A DNA stretch of 64,000 nucleotides from a virus (taxonomy: Duplodnaviria > Heunggongvirae > Uroviricota > Caudoviricetes): IMG/VR virus record IMGVR_UViG_3300021431_002946, positions 1 through 64,000 of that record; one strand, written 5' to 3'. Each line of letters starts with the position of its first letter. The stretch's first letter is position 1. A model generated the notes under the pieces. That model saw nothing but the letters and a program-made list of their open reading frames with translations. It was not told the origin of the DNA and searched no databases. Shown piece by piece: positions 21,813-32,000 of the stretch. Both the position numbers and the translations under genes were made by a program.

Positions 21813-21868
21813 GAAAAAATTAAATAATAAGATTACAATTTATTATTAAAATTTTGGAGGTATAAAAA

Positions 21869-22072
21869 ATACCAGCAAAGTATAAGATTCGTATAACTGA
21901 TGAAGATGCAACTGATGATATAATTCGTTTTTGTCTTAGAAATATGGATTCGTATATATCTTATAATGATCCTATAGAAGTAACAGTTTGGGTTAGAGAC
22001 TATGAAAAGTTTATAGACAAATTAGATGTACTTGGTATAAATTATAAAGAAATTGGTCGTGAATATAATTAA
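21869..22072 (+). CDS. Unannotated 67-codon ORF starting at ATA (non-canonical start or lost ATG)
   Basis: GGAGG about 8 nt upstream of ATA CCA GCA AAG TAT AAG ATT CGT...; open to TAA at 22070-22072. Confidence 0.5.
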   Translation: MPAKYKIRITDEDATDDIIRFCLRNMDSYISYNDPIEVTVWVRDYEKFIDKLDVLGINYKEIGREYN

Positions 22073-22075
22073 TTT

Positions 22076-22145
22076 GGTTATTCTTTGACAGAGGGCAGAT
22101 GATTTGCTAGGTAATTATTGTCTCCATATAATATGGAGGTTTTTA
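22076..22145 (+). CRISPR. Minimal CRISPR unit: 3' handle GGTTATTC, 33-nt spacer, one full repeat
   Basis: Spacer 22084-22116 TTTGACAGAGGGCAGATGATTTGCTAGGTAATT; repeat ATTGT-CTCCAT-ATAAT-ATGGAG-GTTTTTA at 22117. Confidence 0.7.
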
Positions 22146-22184
22146 TTAAAACAAATTAAAAAAATTTAAATATGAAGGTAAATT

Positions 22185-22679
22185 ATGATAAGATATTCAA
22201 ATGAAAATGATATAGAAGAAGTAAAAAATCTTTTATATAAATGTTTTGGTAGTATGGTAGAGGAAAACCAAGATAATGCATATAAAAATATAGAAAGAGG
22301 GCGTTATCTTCTATATATAGAAGACAATAAAATAGTAGCTCTTACTGGTTTATGTTTTGGAACAGATAGTGAATTTAATGGAATTCAAATAACTTGGACT
22401 TGCACAGATCCAGAATATAGACACAGAGGTTATATGCAAGAATTATTTAAAAGAATAGTTTCTAGTACTGATGAAGCTATTTATTGTAGTTGTTGGTATA
22501 TTGGAGATAATGACATTAATTTAAAAACTTTAATGAAATTATTTAATTTTGAAGAAGTTATGCCTTATCTTAATAGAAATATAGACCATTATTGTCCTCA
22601 TACATTAGATTGCCCTTATAAAAAAGAACATTGTTATTGTGGTACTAAACTATATAGAAGACCAGAACAAAATAAATAA
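22185..22679 (+). CDS. GNAT-family N-acetyltransferase with a Cys-rich tail
   Basis: TCTDPEYRHRGYMQELF acetyl-CoA binding motif. Confidence 0.75.
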   Translation: MIRYSNENDIEEVKNLLYKCFGSMVEENQDNAYKNIERGRYLLYIEDNKIVALTGLCFGTDSEFNGIQITWTCTDPEYRHRGYMQELFKRIVSSTDEAIYCSCWYIGDNDINLKTLMKLFNFEEVMPYLNRNIDHYCPHTLDCPYKKEHCYCGTKLYRRPEQNK

Positions 22680-22731
22680 TATAAGTAAACAATTATGGAA
22701 AATGTTATAAAAAGTAAGGAGAATAGTTCTA

Positions 22732-23106
22732 ATGGGTAAGATTTCGCTCGTACGTATAGAGACGCCTCTTCAAAGCCAAAATCCAAATATAAGGCGATAC
22801 GTATATTCAATTGATGAGCCACCAATCGATTATTGTAAAAAACTGTTTTGTGTGGAAGGCTTCGTTTTTTCTAAAATTGTATTGGATATTCACATTGAAG
22901 ATAGGATGCCTATGAAGTTTGTAGATATTTCTTCATTTGATGAATTATTGGTTCATAGTAATGAAGATATTAGTTACTGTGCATTCAGAGGCAAATATAT
23001 GAACAAAGAAATCCATGTAGTAGTAGAGTTTTGGTGTGGGTACATCTTTATTGTTTCTGAAGATCAAAGTATCGTTGATGAGTTAATTAAGCAATTAGAA
23101 AAATAA
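22732..23106 (+). CDS. Hypothetical protein
   Basis: ORF with AAGGAG RBS; visibly less AT-rich than its neighbours. Confidence 0.6.
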   Translation: MGKISLVRIETPLQSQNPNIRRYVYSIDEPPIDYCKKLFCVEGFVFSKIVLDIHIEDRMPMKFVDISSFDELLVHSNEDISYCAFRGKYMNKEIHVVVEFWCGYIFIVSEDQSIVDELIKQLEK

Positions 23107-23213
23107 GTAAAGAAGTAATAAATGGGCTCATATCAAAAATAAAGTACATATAAATTTTAAAATAATTACTATTTATAAAAGAAAATTAACAAAATAATTT
23201 AGGAGATATAATT

Positions 23214-23891
23214 ATGACTTGGGATGAGAATAAACGACAAGAATTATTAACACAATATCAAAATAAAATTAATGAATATAATACACTAAATAATAAAAAA
23301 ATTAATACTTGGGATATAGTATTAATTTGTTATCCAATTCTTAGTATTATTTTATTAATATTATATGCAAATACAAATAATAGTTTCTTTGGTTTATTAT
23401 GTATATTTTCTTTATTTTCAGGTTTACCAATTATATTAATAGGTCGTGAAGTTATTAAGCATAAGAAAAATAAACAATTAACTAAATTAGAGAATGAAAT
23501 TGCTGTTATAAATTCAAATGGATATACATTTATTAGTGAATATTTATGTAATCTTCTTAATATTAATAGTGTTATGTTATTAGATGAATTAAATTTATTA
23601 TCTAATTCATATAATGCATTGCTTATGAAATCAGGTATAACTTATAATTTTTGGCAAAATGTAGATTGTATAAATGGAGTACAAGATTTATTAAGTAGAA
23701 AATTTAAAGGTATTGATTTTGATAATAAATCTCAAGATCTTAAATTAGAAAATCTAAAGCTTCAAAATGAAAGTATTGTTATAGATAATACACAAAAGAA
23801 ATTTTGGACTTGTCAATTTTGTGGAAATATGAATAGAGCAGATGATATGTCTTGTATTAAATGTGGAGGTATTAGACCTTCTAGTGAGTAA
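23214..23891 (+). CDS. Membrane protein with a C-terminal RanBP2-type zinc ribbon
   Basis: Two TM segments; WTCQFCGNMN...CIKCG. Confidence 0.65.
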   Translation: MTWDENKRQELLTQYQNKINEYNTLNNKKINTWDIVLICYPILSIILLILYANTNNSFFGLLCIFSLFSGLPIILIGREVIKHKKNKQLTKLENEIAVINSNGYTFISEYLCNLLNINSVMLLDELNLLSNSYNALLMKSGITYNFWQNVDCINGVQDLLSRKFKGIDFDNKSQDLKLENLKLQNESIVIDNTQKKFWTCQFCGNMNRADDMSCIKCGGIRPSSE

Positions 23892-23938
23892 TTTTTCTGA
23901 TATGTATAAGTCTAATTTAATGAAATAAGGAGAAATAT

Positions 23939-24519
23939 ATGCAACTTGTAAGATCAAAAGGATATATTTTAGTATTTAGAAAAACAAAAACATCAGAATT
24001 TATTTACTGGTATGAACAAAATAAAGAAGATGCTTATTCCGATGTTAAGTTATTAAGAAGCAAAGGTTATATTGTAGAGAGATTATATGAAGGTCCAAAT
24101 AATTGTAGAATTTATGTAAAAGATTAAAGGAGAAGGCTATGTCTTATAAACCAGAGAAAATTCCAAAGGAACTCTATAAAGATTGTGCACGATGTGCTAA
24201 GATTTATGGTACTTTAGGCTGTTGTGATACTGTCAGTAATGAATGGGTATATGACTGTGTAGAGGGACATAAAGAATTTATAGATATTACAATTTATAGG
24301 CTTGAAAGAGAAGAAAATTAAAGGAGAACTATTATGCAAACAGTTATTTGTATTAGTATTAGAGAAAGTATGCCAGATCAAATTAAAGTAGATCAAAAAT
24401 ATAAACTAGATTTATTTCAAGCTTATGGAGATAGAGACGGTAATTGGTTTGCTCCTACGTATACTATGGATGGAAAAAGAGTTGGTGATTTGAATCTTAA
24501 ACATTTCACTACACCTTAA
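23939..24519 (+). CDS. Three small hypothetical proteins (23939-24127, 24139-24321, 24334-24519)
   Basis: Each is preceded by AAGGAG and tightly packed. Confidence 0.6.
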
Positions 24520-24557
24520 AATGTATGTAAATTAGTTTAATAGAAAGTGAGGATGCA

Positions 24558-25463
24558 ATGCATTGGATTATTTTAGCAATTAGTATAATCATTTTACTTA
24601 GTATATGTGTTATATTATTTTGTTTAATGATAAAATGTAAAAAAGATTTAAATAATTGTATAGATAATTATGAATTATGTATACAAGAGCGAGAAAAATA
24701 TAAAAATGAAGTAGAACGATTAAATAATAATTTACAATTTTATACAAAATATAATAAAAATTCTGATGAATATAATAATAAATTACAAGATCAACATATA
24801 AAAGATACTTCTAAATTATACGAAAATTTTGCAAATGAAAAAGTACGAATAGAACAAGAACTTAATAATATTGTAACAAATGCTAATTTAGAAATACAAC
24901 AAATTTGTAATAATTTAAATAAATATAAAAGATTACAAGATGCTATAAATAAAGAATATATAGAAAGAGAAGAAAAAATACAGCAGGCAAATTTTTATCA
25001 TATTACTTTAGACCAAACTGATTTACATGATATAAATATATTAAAATCTATTATTCCGCAATTATATAAGTCTGGTATTATATATGATATAATTTTTAAA
25101 AATTATTATGATAAAAAATTAAATGATTTATTTAAACAAATATTAAATAAATCTGACGCAATAGATAAAGGTGGAATATATAGAATTACAGATATTACTA
25201 ATAATAAAATATATATTGGACAGGCTACTAATTTTCAAAAAAGATGGAAAGATCATATTAAAGATTTTAGAGATATAAATAAAAAAGACGATGTTTCTAC
25301 TAGAAAATTATATGAAGCTATGCAAAATCATGGAATAGAAAATTTTATGTTTGAAGTAGTACAAATAATAGATGATAAAAATGAACGATGTGAGCAAGAA
25401 AAATATTATATTGATTATTTTAAATCAAATATAATTGGATATAATATGACTATAGGAGGTTAA
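24558..25463 (+). CDS. Membrane-anchored coiled-coil protein with a C-terminal GIY-YIG nuclease domain
   Basis: N-terminal TM; GGIYRITDITNNKIYIGQA...KRWKDH...EQEKYYI...GYN. Confidence 0.75.
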   Translation: MHWIILAISIIILLSICVILFCLMIKCKKDLNNCIDNYELCIQEREKYKNEVERLNNNLQFYTKYNKNSDEYNNKLQDQHIKDTSKLYENFANEKVRIEQELNNIVTNANLEIQQICNNLNKYKRLQDAINKEYIEREEKIQQANFYHITLDQTDLHDINILKSIIPQLYKSGIIYDIIFKNYYDKKLNDLFKQILNKSDAIDKGGIYRITDITNNKIYIGQATNFQKRWKDHIKDFRDINKKDDVSTRKLYEAMQNHGIENFMFEVVQIIDDKNERCEQEKYYIDYFKSNIIGYNMTIGG

Positions 25464-25465
25464 TT

Positions 25466-25690
25466 ATGAAAAGATGTCCTGTATGTGGAGTAATGATGGG
25501 AGATAATGTTGCTCGCTGTTCTATGTGCAAGTATAATTTTTTTCAATCAAATTATGCTCAATCAAATTATATTCAAGATAAAAGTGATAATATAATTAAA
25601 GAAACAAAAACTAAATTTTCTTGGTTATCTTTTTTATTGGGATTAGGAATAGGATTAATTATATTAATAATTATTTTATTAATAAAATAA
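25466..25690 (+). CDS. Zinc-ribbon protein with a C-terminal TM helix
   Basis: CPVCG...CSMCKY; hydrophobic tail. Confidence 0.6.
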   Translation: MKRCPVCGVMMGDNVARCSMCKYNFFQSNYAQSNYIQDKSDNIIKETKTKFSWLSFLLGLGIGLIILIIILLIK

Positions 25691-25781
25691 AAAAGAATAA
25701 GAAATAGTATTTAAAAAAGAAATTATATAAATGCCATTACTTAATAATATAATAGTTATACATATATAATTAAACTAGTAA

Positions 25782-25858
25782 AAAGCTATTTAATAATATA
25801 AGTATGGATGCTACTAATACCTAAGTGAATAGCTTAGGTATATTTTTATTTGAAGGAG
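25782..25858 (+). promoter_or_regulatory. Element-type promoter with a leader hairpin
   Basis: AAAGCTATTTAATAATATA, then ATACCTAAG-TGAATAG-CTTAGGTAT, T run and RBS. Confidence 0.5.
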
Positions 25859-25867
25859 ACTAAAAGT

Positions 25868-26164
25868 ATGACTTATATGATAGAAGTTCAACCTTGGATA
25901 AAAAATAACATTAAACAAATACAATATATAATCTCTACTACTGATTGTCAATTTATAGGAATAGATTGGTCCTTAATTAAAGAACAAGATATAGAAAATA
26001 GATTAAAAGAATATAATATTAAATTTGAAGATTCTATTTTTAGTTTTAATGTTTTTGGTGATCTTTGCTCTTTTCCAGTTAATAATGCTAAAGATTTAAT
26101 AGATAATATAGAAGCTTTAGTAAAAACTGGTGAATTAAAATATGAAGAATGGACAGATGACTAA
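25868..26164 (+). CDS. Hypothetical protein
   Basis: Likely ATG start at 25868 after AAGGAG. Confidence 0.55.
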   Translation: MTYMIEVQPWIKNNIKQIQYIISTTDCQFIGIDWSLIKEQDIENRLKEYNIKFEDSIFSFNVFGDLCSFPVNNAKDLIDNIEALVKTGELKYEEWTDD

Positions 26165-26201
26165 TAAATAGTCTAATATTTATTGAAAGGAAATTAAAAT
26201 A

Positions 26202-27227
26202 ATGTCACTTTTTAATACAATAGCTAAACAAAAGGAATATGATAATAAACATCCTGAAGAAGCTAAAAAGCGAAAAGAAGAATATGAAAAACAAAGACAA
26301 CTAGAAGTTCAACAAAGAGAAGAAGCTAAACGACAAGAAGAAATTAAAAAACAACAAGAATTAGAGGCTAAAATTATTAAAAAAGAAAAGAAAGCTATTT
26401 CTAAAACTACTAAATCAAAAGAAAAAGTAGTAGAAAAGCCTATAATAAAAGAAGTCGAGCCCTTACTTACTGAAAAGCAAGGTATTTATAAGTATATACC
26501 AGACCTTTTAGTAGATAAGACTACTGGTGAGAATATTATCTTTGCAGAAGATGCGTATGAAGGTTATGGTTTGACTGACCATTATACTGAAGATATAATG
26601 AAGGAACTTATTGCTTCTAAACAACTAAACTATAGAGTCAGAAAGTCTATTGAACATCAGAAAGCTCGAACGAAGAAGAATGCTGAGGTGTTTACTCCGA
26701 GTTGGATCTGCGATCAGATGATAACGATGTGTGAACCACCTGAAGATTGGCAAGAGTTTGTTTTATCTACTTGGCTTGAAATCACATGTGGTGAAGCGCC
26801 ATTTATCTCATCTCGTTATGACGCGACTACTGGAGAATCCATTCCTTTATATGAAAGAATTGGTGTCCTTGATAGAAAAATGCAAGCTATCAATAAGAAC
26901 GTAGACGATAAGAGAGAATGGACTAAATGGACAGAACGTGCTTTTAAGACTACATACGGCTACGAGTTTCAAGGCGATAATCTCTTTATTGCTAGAGTCA
27001 ATGTTCTTAGATGTTTTGTAGATTATTATAGAGATAAATGGAAGGAAATGCCTTCTAAAGACTCTATTCTTAAAATGATAAATATAATCACTTGGAATTT
27101 CTGGCAGATGGATGGTCTTAAAGATACTATTCCATTTTCTGACACTCCAGCAAAGATTATTGATTGGAAATTAACCAATAGAAATCACACAGAAGTAATA
27201 GAATTTAGAAGTTGTAAAGAAGGATAA
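26202..27227 (+). CDS. N6-adenine DNA methyltransferase, N-terminal half (SAM-binding motifs X and I, no NPPY)
   Basis: NAEVFTPSWICDQM, LEITCGEAPF, TYGYEFQGDNL, WNFWQMDGLK. Confidence 0.75.
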   Translation: MSLFNTIAKQKEYDNKHPEEAKKRKEEYEKQRQLEVQQREEAKRQEEIKKQQELEAKIIKKEKKAISKTTKSKEKVVEKPIIKEVEPLLTEKQGIYKYIPDLLVDKTTGENIIFAEDAYEGYGLTDHYTEDIMKELIASKQLNYRVRKSIEHQKARTKKNAEVFTPSWICDQMITMCEPPEDWQEFVLSTWLEITCGEAPFISSRYDATTGESIPLYERIGVLDRKMQAINKNVDDKREWTKWTERAFKTTYGYEFQGDNLFIARVNVLRCFVDYYRDKWKEMPSKDSILKMINIITWNFWQMDGLKDTIPFSDTPAKIIDWKLTNRNHTEVIEFRSCKEG

Positions 27228-27233
27228 GTTTTT

Positions 27234-27992
27234 ATGGAGCAGTATACTAAAAAAGAACATCATATACCACGTTGTTTTATAGAAAACTGGTATAATGAAA
27301 ATAATAAAGTATGGGCGTATAATACTCAATATCATAAATCTCGTGAGTATACATCAAAGCAAATATGTAATATAGATAATTTATATGAAGGCAATTTCGA
27401 AACAAACTTAATTGAAAATGATTTAAGTAGAAAGTCTGAACCATTGTTATCTGACGTTATTAGGAAAATCATAAATTATGAAAAAATTACTGAGTTAGAA
27501 ACACATAGCCTTATATATCATGCATTGCTGTTATTATTACGTTCTCCATTATTAGTAGAACATTTACCAGAAAAATTAAATATAGATAAATCTACATATT
27601 TATTAGGTACAATTCCTCTACATAAAGATAATATAGTAATGACTAAATTATTAGAAAATATAGGAGTTGGAAAATATTGTTATTGTACAGAACTAAAACA
27701 TAAATTCTTTGTTTTTAATGATATATGTCCAGTACTTATAAAAAATCCAAATATCAATGGATTTAAAGATAAATATGATCCAGATGCAAATTTATACTTT
27801 CCTATATCGCCTAATATGTGTATTATCATAACTAATGAATATAATGGTGATAATTTTTATATAAGTGCAGTAGCTAATTATGTAGACTACATAAATGAAT
27901 TATTTATAAATTGCAAATGTAAATACATATACAGTCAAAATAGAATCGATAACTATATTCAAAAACATTTAGAAAGGAAGTTTGACAAATGA
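27234..27992 (+). CDS. DUF4238-like protein
   Basis: KKEHHIPRCFIENW, ICNIDNLYE, IENDLS..E, FVFNDICPV, YFPISP. Confidence 0.65.
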   Translation: MEQYTKKEHHIPRCFIENWYNENNKVWAYNTQYHKSREYTSKQICNIDNLYEGNFETNLIENDLSRKSEPLLSDVIRKIINYEKITELETHSLIYHALLLLLRSPLLVEHLPEKLNIDKSTYLLGTIPLHKDNIVMTKLLENIGVGKYCYCTELKHKFFVFNDICPVLIKNPNINGFKDKYDPDANLYFPISPNMCIIITNEYNGDNFYISAVANYVDYINELFINCKCKYIYSQNRIDNYIQKHLERKFDK

Positions 27993-29071
27993 AATTTGAC
28001 TATGTGCTTGGAAATCCACCTTATCAAAATACAATTACAAAATCAGCTGCAGATAATACAAACGTTTTAGAAAATCTTTTTCAAAAATTTCAAATTGAAG
28101 TTGATAATGTATGTACGTGTTTTTCTTGTTTAATTTATCCAGCAGGCAGATGGATTCAACGAAGTGGACGAGGATTAGATTCTTTTGGGTATAATCAAAT
28201 CAACGATAAACATTTACAATCTCTTATAGTATTTCCAAATTCGACTGACGTTTTTCCTTCTGTTCAAATTGGAGATGGTATATCTGTTGTAATTAAAAAT
28301 TATAAAAAAAATTCAGAAAAATTTGATTATATTTATAAAATACAAGATAACACAACAAAAATAGTGTTAAGTTCACCTGGTGATATGATTTTACCATTAA
28401 ATCCAGTTGATTTACTAATAAGTAAAAAAATAATTTCGTTTATTACTAAAAATAAATTAAATAATTTAAGAGATACTATAAATGGTTCTAGACGAGGAGA
28501 TAATTTATTTGGTATTGCGTCTAACTTTGTAGAATTGAATCCAGATAAAGTTAAACCATTTACTGATGATAGTGTTTTATCATCAAATGAATGTAAAATT
28601 ATTACGAATAGTACAAGTGGTAAAGCCGGTAGAGCTGAATGGTACATACTAGATAAAAAATATCTAAAAAATACACATTTATTACCTAAATATAAGATTA
28701 TAGATTCTAGTTCAAATTTTTGTGGAAAATATAGACATCCAGAGATCTTAAAACCAAATGAATGTTTTGGTAGAAGTAAATTAGTATTACGCTTTGTTGA
28801 CACATTAGAAGAAGCAACTAATTGTTTTAATTATATAAATAGTAATTTTGTTTTGTATGGTTTTTATTTAGTAGGTGGTATAACTAATGGTGGAAAATTT
28901 TGTATAGACTTTATTGATTATACAAATAATAATAAATTTATAGATTTTTCAAAAAACATAGATGAACAAATGTATAAATTATTAGATTTATCTCCTAGTG
29001 AAATTAAACACATAGAAGAAGTCGTAGGAGTAAATGAAAAAGTAAAAAGAGACAAGATAGAGGAGGTATAA
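27989..29071 (+). CDS. Eco57I-type methyltransferase C-terminal half: catalytic NPPY plus target recognition domain
   Basis: Begins MKFDYVLGNPPYQ; LIYPAGRW; VFPSVQIGDGIS; ends IDEQMYKLLDLSPSEIKHIE. Confidence 0.8.
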   Translation: MKFDYVLGNPPYQNTITKSAADNTNVLENLFQKFQIEVDNVCTCFSCLIYPAGRWIQRSGRGLDSFGYNQINDKHLQSLIVFPNSTDVFPSVQIGDGISVVIKNYKKNSEKFDYIYKIQDNTTKIVLSSPGDMILPLNPVDLLISKKIISFITKNKLNNLRDTINGSRRGDNLFGIASNFVELNPDKVKPFTDDSVLSSNECKIITNSTSGKAGRAEWYILDKKYLKNTHLLPKYKIIDSSSNFCGKYRHPEILKPNECFGRSKLVLRFVDTLEEATNCFNYINSNFVLYGFYLVGGITNGGKFCIDFIDYTNNNKFIDFSKNIDEQMYKLLDLSPSEIKHIEEVVGVNEKVKRDKIEEV

Positions 29072-29074
29072 CAA

Positions 29075-32000
29075 ATGAATATACAGAAAAACAGTATAAT
29101 CAGACCGACTATCTACTGTTACACGACTCCTAATGATAAAGAGCATGAAGGATGGTGTAAGATAGGCTATACAGATAGAGATACTGCAGAGCATTGTGTC
29201 TATAAACAGACTAGACGTTCTGATACTCAAGCAAAATTAGAGTGGGAAAGTCAGGCAGTATTTGAGAATGGTTCTTATCAGACTTTTATGGACCATGATT
29301 TTCATAAGTATCTGATTGCTTGTGGAATAGAAAGAAAAGAATCTGTATATGAGGGAAAGAAAGCTCCTGAATATTTTAAGATTACACCTGAAAAGGCTAG
29401 AGAGTTGTTATTCCAGTTCAAATCTTTAGTAGAACCTGCAAAGGCAATTAGTAAAGATTATGTCCTTAGAGAAGAACAGGATAAAGCAGTAAATCTCACT
29501 ATGGATGTAATGTCCAAAGAAGGTAGACATGAGGTTCTTTTGAATGCTAAGCCAAGATTTGGTAAGACTTTGACAGTATATAATTATTGTCAGAGAGAAA
29601 ACTTCAAGAGAATACTGATTGTTACAAACAGACCAGTAATTGCTACATCTTGGTATAATGATTATGTCAAGTTCTTAAATACAGACAAGTATAGATTTGT
29701 TAGTAACTGTGCTGAAGTCAAGGACAGACAGTATTGTATTTCTAGAGAAGAGTGGGAAAAGACTAACCAGGCTGATTATAGTCTTATAGAGTTTATTTCT
29801 CTGCAGGATCTAAAAGGTTCAAAGTATTTTGGCGGTCAGTTCAATAAGTTAAAGGAAATCTCTGATATAAATTGGAATATTCTTATTATTGATGAATCTC
29901 ATGAAGGTGTAGAAACATTTAAGTCTGAAATTGCTTTTAAGCATATAAAGAGAGACAGAACTATCTATCTTTCAGGTACACCTTTTAAACAGGTTGCTGG
30001 AGATAAGTTTGAAAAAGGTTCTATTTTCAACTGGACCTATGCTGATGAACAGGAAAAGAAACATTGTTGGGACTACGACATTGATGATGTCAATCCTTAT
30101 GAAGAGCTTCCTCAGATGAATCTATTTACTTATAGACTTACTGATATGTTCAAGAAGCCTACTGATATGGATGCGGCAGATGTTGATAAGTATTTTGATC
30201 TAAATGAGTTCTTTGAATGTAACGGTAGCTCTTTTGTAAATAGCGCAGATATTGATATATTCTTAGATAAACTTGCAAATGATCCTCGTTATCCTTTTGC
30301 AAATAAAGAGTTTGATGGTCTTATCAATCATTCACTTTGGTTATTGGATAGAGTTAATTCTGCAAAGGCTCTAGCAAGAAAGCTAAAAGAACATCCTAAG
30401 TTTAGTCAATATAAGATAGTAATTGCTGCTGGAGATGGTAAGATTGACGATGCTGAAAAAGTAGATAAGTCTTTCAATAAGGTTGTAGACGCTATAGCTA
30501 AATATGAGAAAACTATCACTTTATCAGTTGGTCAGTTAACTACTGGTGTTACAATTCCAGAATGGTCTGCCGTATTTATGTTATGTAATGTAAAGAGTCC
30601 TTCTTTATATATACAGGCAACATTTAGAGCTCAGAATCCTTGCAAAACAAGATTAGGTGATGGTTCTTATGTACAGAAAGACAATGCCTATGTATTTGAT
30701 TTTGACCCTGCAAGAACTCTTGATGTAATGGACCAGTATGCAAATAACCTGTATACAGATACTGCAGATGGTAAAGGTACAGAAGCTCAGAGATTAGAGA
30801 ATATTGAACGTCTTATCAAATACTTTCCTATCTATGGTGAAAGTGAAACTGGTGAAGTTATTGCGTATAATGCTACTGATGTTGTTACAATTCCTTCTAA
30901 GATTAAAGCAGTTGAGATTGTTAAACATGGATTTATGTCAAATCTTTTATTCCAGAATATTGGTAGACTGTTCAATGATAGTCATGCATTAGAAATTTTA
31001 GGTAATGTCAAATCTCAAGCTCAATATAGACTTACTACTCAGCCTAAATATAATGAAGACGGTAGTACTGAAATAGAAGATGAGGACAAAATTGATGAGC
31101 AGGCTGAAACTTTACTTGAAGAAGTAAAAAATGATAGTCTCCAGAATGACCAGAATGAATTCCAGGAAACTACAAATAAACAGGTTATAGATTTTATGGC
31201 TACAGTAAGAGCTGATGCCAGGGAAGAATCTGAGAAACGAGAGAAAGCTCATAGCGCCTATATAGAAGAAAGAGTTGACAATGCTAAGAAAGTAGTCACT
31301 ACAGCCTTAGATAAGTCAGGTTCTACTATTTACAATAAGGCAAAGATAGAAAGAGACGTAACTGACGGCCTTAAAGAAAAACTTACAGAATCACAGATCA
31401 ATTATGATATTGAATGCGCTAAACGTAAAGAAGAATACGATAGAGCTATGAGTCAGGCTACATCTAAAGAAGAAATGAAAGATCTAACTGCAAAACAGGC
31501 TCAAGCTGATGCAGACGCAGAACTTGAACACATGTTTGAAATGAAGCTAATTGAGAATAACTTCAATAGATCAATCATTTCTGACACTATCAAGGAATCA
31601 AAAGAAACTCTACAGGCTAAAGAAAACAAGAAAGCTGAGAACGAATTTGCATATCCTAAGCTCAGAGCGTTCTCAAGAGCTATTCCTTCTTTCTTAATGG
31701 CTTATGGTGATGAGACTACTACATGTAAAACATTAGCTAGAGTTATAAATAGCGAAATGTTTAAGGAAATGACTGGTATAGATTTGGCTGACTATGTGTA
31801 CTTTATAGACAAAGAATACTTTAATGAGGCTGTATTTAATAGTTCTATTAAAGAGTTCTTGAATCTAAAAGATAAACTTAGCAACTATTTTGAGGACACA
31901 GACGAAGATATTTTTGACTATATTCCGCCTCAAAAAACTAATCAGATCTTTACACCTAAGAAAACTGTTAAGATGATGGTTGACTTCTTAGAACAAAATG

